Origin: Eledone cirrhosa
Lineage: Eukaryota
NCBI GenBank assembly: GCA_964016885.1
Contig: OZ024741.1
Coordinates: forward strand, 382,478,001 to 382,542,000
DNA length: 64,000 nucleotides
Reading direction: 5' to 3'
Of this stretch, positions 39,962 through 53,319 are shown one piece after another. Numbering within the stretch: position 1 is the stretch's first letter; every line of letters starts with the position of its first letter. Under the pieces are notes generated by a model, which had not been told where the DNA came from, searched no databases, and saw only the letters and a program-made list of their open reading frames with translations. Made by a program: the position numbers and the translations under genes.

Positions 39962-40157
39962 TCAATTTAGACAATAAACGTGGTTTGTCTTTGCGTGTAA
40001 TTGTTTTCATCGTTTCACATAACGACGTATTATCTACGCTTTTTTTTCATTCATTGCCAGGGAACGTCTTCACGAACCAAATTATCGTCTTTCTGCTTTC
40101 CTTCGGTTGCAACGTTTTTCGAAATATTTACTTCTGCGTTCAGAGATTGATTTTTTT

Positions 40158-40208
40158 AGTTTCAGAAGATCCCTTTAAGGGTGAAAGCAGAAATTCTTTG
40201 TTTAAACT
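40158..40208 (+). ncRNA. Hammerhead variant with CAGAAGA core
   Basis: agttt CAGAAGA tccc-tttaa-gggt GAAA gca...tgt TT aaact. Confidence 0.65.
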
Positions 40209-40247
40209 GTAATCTGTCATTTATATATATATATGTATATATATATA

Positions 40248-40437
40248 TAATTTGATTATGTAATAGACAACACAATATAATTTTTCCATATTACTCAAGG
40301 TTTCACGAAGTTAGACGATTCTAACAGAAACATTTGATATCGCTCATCAGAAGGCTGTTTCTGTTAGAATCGTCTATCTTGGTGAAACTTTGGGTAATGG
40401 AATAATTATATAGTGTTCTTTATTACATAATTAAATA
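40248..40437. repeat. Fold-back element with a hammerhead-like core on the minus strand
   Basis: Arms at about 40248-40332 and 40356-40437. CTGATGA gcga...tcgt GAAAC cttga GTA; stem I is weak. Confidence 0.65.
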
Positions 40438-42243
40438 GCTATGTACTATACATAGAGCTCTCTTCTTTCCTTTACCTTTTCGACGGAAATACTTAATATA
40501 TATATACGAGTATATAGTAATTTCTAATCATAGCTATAATACTTTGAGGATGTTTGTTTTCATATTCACAAATCTTCTCACACAAACAAAAACGTTATTT
40601 GATGGCCGTCTCCGATACATTAATCGAAGCTTCCACATTTTACAGTCGTTATACATTTTAAAGTATCAAACAACTAGAAAAGGACCGAACGTTTATAAAA
40701 TTCAAATCGCAATACTCAGGTGAATACTTAGTTCAAAGCAACCCTTCTCTGCTCAAATTCCTGATATGAATAAAAATTATCATGTCATGTTTTTAGAAAG
40801 AAAAATAAGAATGGTAATGAATGTGAATAACATGTGTACATAACACAGATACACAATTTAACCTTTCGATTTCAACGCAAACATCATGTTAATACGTAGC
40901 TTTATGTGAATAATACATCAATTAACTATTCAACAATGAATAATCAACTTCATTAATAAATACCATTAGATTACAATAGTACAAATTGGGAAGTTGCATC
41001 TATGTAATGCTCACTATAAAGCGCGCCCTAGAACTAATGATTTCTCATTATTCGTCTTGACAACAGAAGAAATCTTCCTCCACTTCTATTAGTTGATTTA
41101 ATTCGGTGATAAGTGGTTTACATGAAATTACAGACTCAAAGCTAAGGTGTTGGTTTGCAAAATAACATAATCATGGACATTATCATGGACGACGGATATA
41201 AAGAGAATGATTACATTGTATAATCTATAAAGTATGTTTTTTCGTTCAAATACCAGAGGAGTTTGATTGCAAATTCTGTTGACATTTAGTTGCATTCCTT
41301 TACGTTCTGTGTTCAAATACCATTCAGGTAGCCTTTTACATTCAACCCCCTGGATGTGTTGATTTAATTGATTGATTTTTGTCCTACGTTAATGTCCATG
41401 CACCTTTCTTACAAATGAATATTCAAGTAGGATGTTAATCTAATATTCAAGTTTATATTGTTACCATTCATTATTGCATGCGGATTTCGAAATCAGTCGA
41501 TGTTTAGTTATATTCATATACAATTGAAAGATATTTGAGTGTTTGATAGATCACAGAGTGTGTGCATGTACAATGGTATTTTTACTATATAATATCTAAC
41601 ATTTTAGAAATGAAAGTAAAGCTGAAAATATGCTCATGTATAAGCTGAGTACTCAGGAATTCATACACAATTTAATGGAAATAATATCAATGATCTAATA
41701 AGGTATGAAACAAATATTTACCGTATGGTTACACTTAACTGTAGCAATTAAATTATACCTTAAACATCCAAGCCTATCATCACCAACGGAAAAAGCCATA
41801 TACATATACATCAATTGCTGCTTCTCATTCTTTGAGAAATAATATATTTCAGGATATATAACAATGATTACTACTCTTGTCTTCATCATTTGCCGATGTT
41901 AATAAACTGTAAAAACTGACGATTTTTGCTGCATCAAATGTTATTAGATAAACATTGTAAAAACATAAAAGTATTGCAAGTATACCACATAGTCTGACTA
42001 AATATTTTTAACGTAATTAGATTGTTGTATGAAAAATATTAGATATGCGGTTTTCTATAATACTGGCAACAAGTAAAGCTTTGAGGCATTTGATTTCTAG
42101 GTCTAATTGGACTAATTATAGAGCCATTATTACTCGCCTTAACCCTTACTAATTCCATCTTACCGAAGTAAATGTTTATCCTACAAGAGGTTTGAGCAAA
42201 GATTGAACCCTCGTTCTTTGGGAACTAATATGCTTTTTTCTAG

Positions 42244-42299
42244 AATTTCAAGGTGTTTACTGAAGATTACTCCTCTCGGCTTCACCATGCTAATAAACG
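42244..42299 (+). other. Candidate 56-nt exon
   Basis: gcttttttctAG | exon | GTAAAG. Confidence 0.2.
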
Positions 42300-42332
42300 G
42301 TAAAGGGTGATATTTTCTATATGAAATGGCAC

Positions 42333-42423
42333 CCCTTTCATCCTTACGGGGTCGATAAAATAAAGTACCAGTAATTCACTGGATAATTGCTGGCCTTGTG
42401 CCTAAAGTAGAAACAATTATTAT
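42333..42423 (+). mobile_element. SINE 3' fragment (other fragments: 8490-8550 -, 25620-25695 -, 37920-38045 +)
   Basis: cctttcatccttacggggtcgataaaataaagtaccagt...ggccttgtgcc. Confidence 0.8.
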
Positions 42424-42620
42424 AGAAACATTAGTGGCAATATAATTATAACACTTATACTGTCTCTTCCCTTTTGAAACCTAAATATTAGTTATGCGTT
42501 TCCCTGTGATATTGCAAAGCTCTAATGTATTAGATTGTTAGCTCTAATTCACACATAGAGCGAACACAACCATATGATCATTATATATTATATATCGATC
42601 ATACACAAACACACACACGC

Positions 42621-42692
<72 letters not shown>

Positions 42693-42745
42693 ACACACAC
42701 AGGTACACACACACACGTCGTCTATATATATATATATATATATAC

Positions 42746-42812
<67 letters not shown>

Positions 42813-43968
42813 AAGTGAGAGAGACAGACAGAAAGAGAGTGAGAATCAGAGAGATAATAGATATTGTTTAGTTAATTCTTATCTGTGCCGTTATTATTTA
42901 GGTTCGCATAAGGTTCACGAGCTGAGTTGTATGTTCTTTGTCAGGATGCCTGAAGCTTGTTTTTTAATACAGAAAAAGGCTTTTGACCCGGCTCTCAGAC
43001 ATTCCTACATACGTCCAGCCTTCGGTTTAGTAGTTATGGTGGATGGAACTCAATTCTACTTCATTCATCACCGTTGAAGTATTGCCCTATTCATCGCATG
43101 CATCTGTCCGTCTGCATAATCATCCGTAAGGTGGAAGAATTTTACGTTTGGTGGTGATGTAGGATTTCGTGTTATTGGTACATGAATAGCTTATTTTTTC
43201 TGTATGGTATTTGCATATTTTCTGCTACTTATGGCCGACAGGGAAGAGAAATCTAAGAGGGCAAGGAATGTTCTACCTACATTAGTATTCACATTGACGA
43301 CAACCTCACTCCGGCTTTCTGTGTACCTCATTTTATTGGCTAGATATAGGGGCGTGATCGGGAGAATAAGCGATTCACTCTCAGAAGCAACTGTTGCTTA
43401 GGGCTGCGGTGTGGTATGGTGTGGCATTCTTACATGTTTCAGGTAACTCTATGCTTCGCCCTCTCGTTTTGGTGGCATGGTAAGTAGCAGGGTCAGTGGT
43501 GTTATATTTAGACAGTATGGTCTTGTTTAGAAGTTGGTTGTAAGTAGTATGTTCACGTTCATAAAGTTTGTTTGTTTTATTAGATACGACTAAGGTTTTG
43601 TCTGAGTATCTGAATTTTGTATATCTCTACTTGTTTTATTCTAAAAGCAGTTGCAGTGTTTGCTTAAAGATATGTTAGCGCGTAAATCAAGAAAATCAGC
43701 TTCAAAAGAAGTGAGGTCATTTCCAAATAGCGTCAAATATGCATTCTTGTAACATAAACATGAAATCACCAACAAACGCAAAAGTCTTGCACCTTGTGGA
43801 TCGTCCTGCAGAAGGCAAAAGGCATACTCCCTGGATCAACGGTGCAACGGTAATATATGAAGAAGTGACCTCCAGCAACAATAAGAACCAAACTGAAGAC
43901 TGGAAATATGTAGGAATGTCTGAGAGCCGGTTCAAAAGCCGTTTCTTTAAACACAAAAAAACATTCAG

Positions 43969-44800
<832 letters not shown>

Positions 44801-44959
44801 GTTCACGGTAGTTGAATGGGTAATAGGAAAAAGTATGTCTCCAACGGCAGATCTTAAGCCGTCAGGGTCATATGTTTTCCTATTACCCATTCAACTACCC
44901 TAAGTATTGAGTACTCTGGTGCGCTATGGTCTATCTGGTTCCTTACCACAACTCCTTCG

Positions 44960-44999
<40 letters not shown>

Positions 45000-45004
<5 letters not shown>

Positions 45005-45473
45005 TTAAAACAATGAAATAAAAAGTCAAGTCATTAGAGATATACTTCACTGCTTTACGATCGTGTCTAGATGGTGATAATACATTGCATCTATATTCAG
45101 TTATTGATCTATGTAAGTTTACCAACTATCAGATAGAGAGAATATTTACTTACATGCATATCACCAGCTGTATTCAAAAGCAATAATAATTTTATTCAAT
45201 AATAGTTTTACTCAGATAAGTACATGTTTGTATAGTTAAAACACATACATTTCATAGTCTACAAAATGCACATATTCACACCAGATATAGGGAGACGTAC
45301 AGTTATATTGATATCTAACCAAAATATGCATACGTGCAAATAGATGCAAACCTAAATACAAATCTACACGCATGCATATAATCATATATATACATATCCA
45401 TATATATCTATATCCACACATACATATCTATACCCCATTATATACATATACATATACAGCTACATACACATAT

Positions 45474-45518
<45 letters not shown>

Positions 45519-46148
45519 TGCATACATATATATACATGTACATACATATAGACACACACATACATACATATATACATACACATATACACATATATACATA
45601 TATATACACATATATATATATCTATACATATATATACATATACATACACACACATATATATACATATACAACACACACACACACACACATATATACACAC
45701 ACATATATATATATATATATACATACACATACACACACACATACATTTATATATATATATATACACATACATATATATACACAGACGCACAGCAATATGT
45801 ATATATATATATACATGCACACATACACATATGTACGTATGGACTAACCGAACATTCACTATAATGCTCGGTGCGTTTGCAAACAAACATCCCGAACTAA
45901 ACCGCACAGTGTCCAGCAACCATTGTTGCTTACACGCTGTACCAGCTTCAAGCTTATTAGCTATCGTCAGCAACGTATGCCCTCCTGGTGATATGCATGT
46001 AAGTAAATATTCTCTCTATCTGATAGTTTGTAAACTTACATAGAACTGAGTATAGATACAATGTATTATCACCATCTAGAAACGATCGTAAAGCAGTGAA
46101 GTATATCTCTTATGACTTGATTTTTTATTTCATTGTTTTAACTTATAT
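45000..46148. mobile_element. Non-autonomous element with ~170-bp inverted ends around a TA/CA microsatellite core
   Basis: 45000-45168 is the reverse complement of about 45985-46148. Carries GAAAC-GATC-GTA; related to 61806-61941. Confidence 0.8.
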
Positions 46149-46330
46149 CATGACTCCGTTTTCCTTTTAATGTTTTATTGTTTTCTGAGATTTATCTTAA
46201 CCTACAACATTTTCAACATATGGCTTACATTGAGTTCTTCATACAGAATAGACCCCACAACTTACAGTGGATAGCTTTGTGTATATATATATATATATAT
46301 GGACTGCCTATAACGATAACATGTTATCCC

Positions 46331-46378
<48 letters not shown>

Positions 46379-46412
46379 AGATTTGAATGGATACAGTTTA
46401 GTTGAAAGGAAT

Positions 46413-46529
46413 TTATTGACACGTGTTTCTATAACAGTTACATAACCTAAAACAGCTATCTACAAACTTTTAGTTATGCAGACATTCAATATTTCAATGT
46501 TATTGTTTACTGTCATTTCATCAGAATAA
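46413..46529 (-). ncRNA. Type I hammerhead with large stem II
   Basis: ttatt CTGATGA a-atgacagt...actgttat-a GAAAC acgt GTC aataa. Confidence 0.75.
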
Positions 46530-46615
46530 TATTACTGAGGACCTATTTAGTTTTTATAGAGAATATTAGGAGGAAGGGGTGAAGTTGTTAGAAGAATAGT
46601 TGAAGGAGTGGTTTT

Positions 46616-46678
<63 letters not shown>

Positions 46679-46847
46679 ATACTTGGGGAGGGTCATATTG
46701 TTTTAATAATATTGCCACAAATAATGTCAGAACACACTCACTGTTTGGTTGCTTTTCGCTTCTGTATCTTTTATATCTCCACAGTTAATTCATTCGGTCC
46801 TCAATGTTTACCCTTGACTGACCAACGGTCAAAAATACAGTTATAAT

Positions 46848-47032
46848 TGTTTCTGCTTTTGGCCCAAGGCCAGCAATCACCAGTGCATTACTGGTACTTT
46901 ATTTTATCGACCCCGTAAGGATGAAAGGCAAAGTTAACATCAGCGGGATTTGAACTCAGACCATAAAGGACCGTAACTCTTTGCTGTAAAGCATGGCGTC
47001 TGACCCTCTACCGATACTGCCAATCCACTGCC
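46848..47032 (-). mobile_element. Full-length tRNA-derived SINE with 16-bp TSD
   Basis: TSD AAAATACAGTTATAAT at 46832-46847 and 47033-47048; B box GTTCAAATCC. Confidence 0.9.
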
Positions 47033-47113
47033 AAAATACAGTTATAATATAGATATAAACACATATATATAGAGTCTAACAAAGTTTTTTTGTTGAACAT
47101 CTACAACATCGTC

Positions 47114-47216
47114 AGTGGTGCTATTATGTTCCTCCTGTTGTATTGTATATCTACGCCATCTTTATTAAAGATGGCGTAGATTTACAATACAACAGGAGAA
47201 ACATAATAGTACTACT
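47114..47216. repeat. ~100-bp hairpin palindrome
   Basis: Centre ctacgccatcttta-t-taaagatggcgtag. Confidence 0.85.
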
Positions 47217-47423
47217 ACTGTATAAACATGTTATAACAATCTCTATTTTCCATCGTAATCCTTTCATTTGTACCCGCTCTGATTATATTCTCGCCCGCTA
47301 AATATTAACACTTCCGATATTTAACCCTGTAGGCACAAGTATTGAGCACAAATGCACAAGCTTATGGCAACTAACTATATGTATCGCTTATCCCTTTAAA
47401 ACTCTACTCTCTCACGATACTAA

Positions 47424-47471
<48 letters not shown>

Positions 47472-47554
47472 ATAATAATAAATTTGAAGATTAAAATCCA
47501 AAGAGGGCTCGATAAGGAGAAATATATATCAAATATATAAGAACCGTAGAGCAA

Positions 47555-47699
47555 ATATTTATTAAAATAACAGATTAAAGTTTAAGCAAAGAATCGCTGC
47601 TTTCACCCTTAACGGGATCTTCTGAAACTGTTTCATAAGATCCCGTTAAGGGTGAAAGCATCGATTCTTTGCTTAAACTTTAATCTGTTATTTTAATAA

Positions 47700-47703
<4 letters not shown>
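47555..47703. repeat. Near-perfect 149-bp palindrome of two hammerhead-bearing 3' ends (hammerhead at 47579-47629 -)
   Basis: Arms are reverse complements about 47629. Confidence 0.9.
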
Positions 47704-47747
<44 letters not shown>

Positions 47748-47755
<8 letters not shown>

Positions 47756-48066
47756 ATATTTGGGGAGGGTCATATTTGCGTAATATTGCCAGAATTAATA
47801 ACAGAACACACTCACTGTTTGGTTGGTTTTCGCTTCTCGCTGTCTTTTATATATATATATCTGCGATCTAACTTACTCGGTCCTCAATGTTGCCATTGAC
47901 TGACCGCCGGTCAGTCAATGGCAACATTGAGGACCGAGTAAGTTAGATCGCAGATATATATATATAAAAGACAGAGAGAAGCGAAAACCAACCAAACAGT
48001 GAGTGTGTTCTGTTATTAATTCTGGCAATATTACGCAAATATGACCCTCCCCAAATATAACAATAT
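47748..48066. repeat. Near-perfect ~319-bp palindrome
   Basis: Centre ttgactgaccg-c-cggtcagtcaa; arms almost identical. Confidence 0.9.
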
Positions 48067-48120
48067 CTGTTTCGACACACGATTTCATATAAAAAACCTC
48101 GCAAAACTAATTCATCGCCG

Positions 48121-48166
<46 letters not shown>

Positions 48167-48843
48167 TCTCAAAATATATATTCTCTCCATCTTAACATGC
48201 TCGCACACACACACACATAACACCCATATACACACACAACTCCCTCCCCTTCTACTAATAGAATCATCTTCCAATACACACACACACACACACACACACG
48301 CGCACACACACACACACACACAAGCACACAAATAAACATACATATCTTTACTTCAATAGAAAATCTGAACTCTGACACCCCAGCGAACTAACCATATTCA
48401 CTGAACCAGAACAATTCTCCCAATCCCATTTCTCTTGACCACTATCTTTCCATTGTCATAACATTCTCTATAAAGGCTACAGAATAGATTTCCAAATAAG
48501 GGCGCAAAAATGTAATGAAAACTTGTTCACGTGACAGCCAAATTTCATTTATAACCAATCAAATCACGTTTATTAAAAAAAAGCCTTCGTGAGTCCCTTT
48601 TTTTCAAGTAAAAAGAAATTCAACCACTCATATATGAAAAAACAACCTGTGACAACCAGTCCCCTCTTATTTGAAGAACTATTGTAACGCGAACTGGCAC
48701 GAAATTTATTATAATTATTGACAAACCAATCAAATTACTTCTCGAAAAACCTGGCATTTCGACCCACTTTTTCCATATAAAACAAGTAACATTCAGAGAC
48801 CAACCAGATGTGAGAAAAACCACAGACACTCCATCTCAACTCA

Positions 48844-48881
48844 CCTTTTGAAAAGCAGAAGAACTGCGAAACCGGTAAAGG
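48844..48881 (+). ncRNA. Minimal hammerhead with U3-A8 core (TTGAAAA); second copy at 36178-36215 (-)
   Basis: cctt TTGAAAA gcag-aagaa-ctgc GAAA ccg GTA aagg. Confidence 0.7.
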
Positions 48882-49013
48882 AACCAAATAAATATATATA
48901 TTTAAAAAAAAAAAATAAGACTCCAGTTGCATTTTCGATTTCATCTCTTATTCTTTATATTTTCACTCGTGTAGGACACCTCGGTTATTTTTCATTTTGT
49001 AAAAATACCTCAC

Positions 49014-49171
<158 letters not shown>

Positions 49172-50153
49172 ATATATATATATATAATCGGAGGTAACCA
49201 CAGTAAGTAAGGTACTCAATACAAAGCAGAATATATATATTTAATATACAAAAGCTTCTACATCACTAGAACTGTTTTGTTCGGGATAAATCATCAGGAA
49301 GCTGACTGTCCAAGTAATATGGTGGTATTTATATCTTTATATATATATATACATACCCACACACATAAATATATATATAACGGGAGACAGATGTATATAG
49401 AGACGGGAGAGAGCGGCCGATAGAGAATAGAAGTGGATTATTAAAATGTTTCAATTGGCATTTCCAAATAGATAAGTAATCATATATTGGTGGTGGAGTG
49501 TATGAGTCACTATGCGAAAACATATCGCAAGAAAGTCTCATCTAAACATGGCAAAGTTGTACAGACGTGACTGTGTCCGGGCAAATCCCGCGTTCAGATT
49601 TTGTTAAGACTTCATTGATATATCGTTAATATGTATATATATATTTGTTTCAAGAAGTCAGAATACTTTCATAGAATGAAGCAATGAAAAAATATATATA
49701 TAATGATGATAAATTTCGTTCATGCAGCAAAGAAAGGTATTTGCAAAAATGAAGATGAAAGCAGCCTAGTAGCGTCAATCATTGCATCTGTATAGATTCC
49801 ATCTCTTCAACACTTGTGGTCGATACAATGTTCGTGAGAATTTTCCATTAGTACGAATGCGGATGTTTGATTGATAGATATGTACATAGATAGATTCGTC
49901 GATTTGGGTTTAAATGATTAACTTATTTGAAGTGTTGTTACCAGAGTTTGTAGTATATATATATATTCAAGTATACACGCTCACACACATATATGTATGT
50001 GTTCATATTTCTTTTTATACATGTTTATATATATATATACATATAAACATGTATAAAAAGAAATATTAACACATACACGCACAAACACACACACATACAC
50101 ACACATATACACACACACATATATATATATATATATGTATACATATATATATG

Positions 50154-50337
<184 letters not shown>

Positions 50338-50689
50338 AATCGAAAAGTGTTTTAAGTTGGAGCATGTACGTGTGCATTTATTTGTCTTTATACGATCCGT
50401 GTTTGCAAAGCTGTACTTCCTTAATGCATCTCTAGATATATGTGGAGACTTCAAAGACTAGTCTACATGTTTCACTTAACGTACCCGAACTAAGCAACCC
50501 TGAGTCTTATTGAATAAGAAGAGAACGTGTATAATTATATGAGGGAATACGTAGTTAGATTTAGCAATTACAATGATTTTGAAAAAGCAACAAGACAATT
50601 TTATATAAAGTGTTGGGACAGAAATATTCTGAAAAATATTCCACCTCTATACCGTATTTTAAAAACTATATTCTCACTCTCCTGTCCAG

Positions 50690-50733
50690 AATCTCAAGTG
50701 GGTTTGCAGTTATACTTTTCTGTATTAAACTGG
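50690..50733 (+). other. Candidate 44-nt exon
   Basis: ttctcactctcctgtccAG | exon | GTGAGT. Confidence 0.35.
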
Positions 50734-52778
50734 GTGAGTCATGTCATTGAAAGTGAAATGTTAAGGTACTGATTATTTTATCTTTGAATCGATATATTAA
50801 TCCCCACTCGGCTAGAAGTATACTTCATTATCTCATTAGAAGGAAGTAATAGGAGTAGAAAATTATAAGTAAAAATGATTCAACGTATATCTATTGTTTA
50901 TAATTTATTATGCGTATTACATTTTACTTAACAGGAAATGTTTCATAGCGAAACAAAAATATTTATTTACATGAACATTTGGTATATTATTCAATATACG
51001 ACACTAGTAACATGTCAAACAAGCTATGTCAGAGAATCATTTCCTCTTCTATATATATAGCATACTGCATAATAGGCAGTATGGACGTGGTATCACTATA
51101 GCCGTCCATTAACATTGATTTTGCTGTGGAAAAATGTGTGGAGATGATCAGTGAGAGTGACGTGGAGTTCTCCGACGTCGACACAGACGAACTGGGCCTC
51201 CTACTTAGACTATGACACCGACTACCTAGACCGCCATGACCTTAGCTGTTTCTGCCCCAGTAGACCCATAAGAAGTAGACCCCGCACCATAACCTAAATG
51301 GCAAATAAGACTCCCATGGGAAGGTGGATTGGGTGGAGCAAAGCCATACGGACCCCCAAACACGATGATCAGGTAATAAAAATGGTCGCGCATGCAATAA
51401 GGGCTAGTATTACAACTACCCTAAAGGCCCACATATTCAAATTCAACGAGAATATCTACACCCAAAATGAGGGAGCAGCCAATGGCGTCAGCATAGCTCG
51501 TAACGTTGCCAACTTGTTTATGGTATAGTGGGAAAGGAGACTCAAAGATCTCCTTGATGAGAGCTCCATAAACCTCATCGTGTACTCTCGTTACGTAGAC
51601 GACATTAATATAGTAATAAGGACACCCCACAAGAGAGTACTAAGTATGATTTAGAATGTAGCACAATGGAAAGCATCCAGCAGATAGCTAATTATATATA
51701 TACCAGAGTATAACTGTAACTAACTATCGACTACCCTTCCAAACACCCTAACAGTAGACTACCTGTATTAGACACGGAACTCTGGATTAACACTATAGAC
51801 GATAGGGCCCAAACACTACGCTAAACCCATAGCCTCCAAATACCTTATACTCAAAATCTCAGCAATGTCCAGTAGTGCTAAGTTTAATATTCTGATAGCA
51901 GACTTGGTACGAGTGAGGAAGAACGTGTCCCGCATGTGCGACTCAACAGAAATGTAAAGACACATCCAACACTTCATCAACCGCATGCAGTTCTCTAGCT
52001 ACAACCAAAGAGACAGAATAAGAGTATATGAAGGAGCCACAGGCAAGTATAAGACCTTCATAGAACTGGACATGGACGGAATTTGCCCATTATACAGGAG
52101 CAAATCTTGTAATAGCTTAGATAGGACTAAACATAAAATAGGGAAAGCCACCTCATGGTACAACAACCAGAGATACCAGAGTGTCATGCTCGTGGACGCT
52201 ACCCCTGGAGAGAAATTAGCTAACCAGTGTAGAAAGGCCTTGAGCAAGACCCACTTAAAGATTAAAGTGGTAGAAAAGCCAGGAACTACCATAACATCCC
52301 TGATCAACAAAACAAACCCTTTTAAGAAAACCCCCTATACTAATAGGAAATGTATTATATTTAAATAAGCACCCGGATAAACTGTAAAACTAGAAACGTA
52401 GTCTATAGAATGAGATGTACAGAGGGTACTTTCAGAAACATGACAAAATACATAGGCGAGACGGTTAGTAGAATAGGTGAAAGGATTGACCAACACACGA
52501 AAAAACGGTTCAGTACTATACGAACACGCCAGACAACAACATGATGGTAATATAGACAATATAGAAATTAAAATAATATCTAAACATAGAAATGACCCAG
52601 CAGATAGGCAAATCAGAGAGTCAAGGGAAATAGAACTTAGAAGGCCAAAGCTACACAAAAACAATGAATGGAACAACAACACCCAAACAATCAATACTGA
52701 CTTAAGAGAAATATAAATACATGTATTGAGGTGGTCTTTTTTCCGGTTATGTCAATATTTATTTATGAAACAAATCTG

Positions 52779-52844
52779 TATTTTATCTGATGAAAGCGCA
52801 CCATAATTTTCCTTGGTCGCCCTTGAAATATATATAATAAAATA
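52779..52844 (+). ncRNA. Canonical-core type I hammerhead ribozyme
   Basis: tattttat CTGATGA aag...ctt GAAA t-atat-ATA ataaaata; perfect 8-bp stem I. Confidence 0.85.
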
Positions 52845-52889
52845 ATTATGGTTTTATAAATATAGTTTCCATTTATTAATGTAATGTAT

Positions 52890-53081
52890 GTTAGAGGGCG
52901 GTGGATTGGCAGTGTCGGTAGAGGGTCGGACGCCATGGTTTTACGTATATAGTTACGGCCCTTGCCATTCTGAGTTCAAATCCCGCCGAGATTAACTTTG
53001 CCTTTCATCCTTACGGGGTCGATAAAATAAAGTACCAGTAATGTACTGGGGAATTGCTGGCCTTGTGCCAAAAGTAAAAAA
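52890..53081 (+). mobile_element. Full-length tRNA-derived SINE inserted in the PLE 3' end
   Basis: A/B boxes; 15-bp TSD ATTAATGTA(A/T)TGTAT at 52875-52889 and 53082-53096. Confidence 0.9.
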
Positions 53082-53171
53082 ATTAATGTATTGTATATTT
53101 ACTCCACTAGATTGTTGAGTGCATTATATCAGTTATAAAAATGTTTAAGCTTGTTGAATCCCAACAAATTA

Positions 53172-53241
<70 letters not shown>

Positions 53242-53272
53242 AAGAATCAAGGAACTGTTCAAAACATTATTG

Positions 53273-53319
53273 TGCTTACAGCTGTTTCCTCCAAACCGAG
53301 GTTTGGATTCTTCGGAGCA
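53273..53319 (-). ncRNA. Minimal hammerhead with CCGAAGA core (copies at 57467-57513 - and 58441-58487 +)
   Basis: tgct CCGAAGA a-tccaaacc-tc-ggtttgga-g GAAAC agct GTA agca. Confidence 0.75.

Larger units (their letters stand above)
51060..53175 (+). mobile_element. 5'-truncated degenerate PLE of a divergent lineage (long RT motif A-B' spacer, C-terminal GIY-YIG)
   Basis: GSMDVVSL*PSI, QNEGAANG, RYVDDI, LPVLD; NVVYRMRC..KYIGET..SVLYEH..H..RQIRE..NNEW; hammerhead at the 3' end. Confidence 0.85.

Noticed and set aside
52890-52990. tRNA gene
   Set aside because: A/B boxes belong to a SINE head with body, tail and TSD; no cloverleaf.
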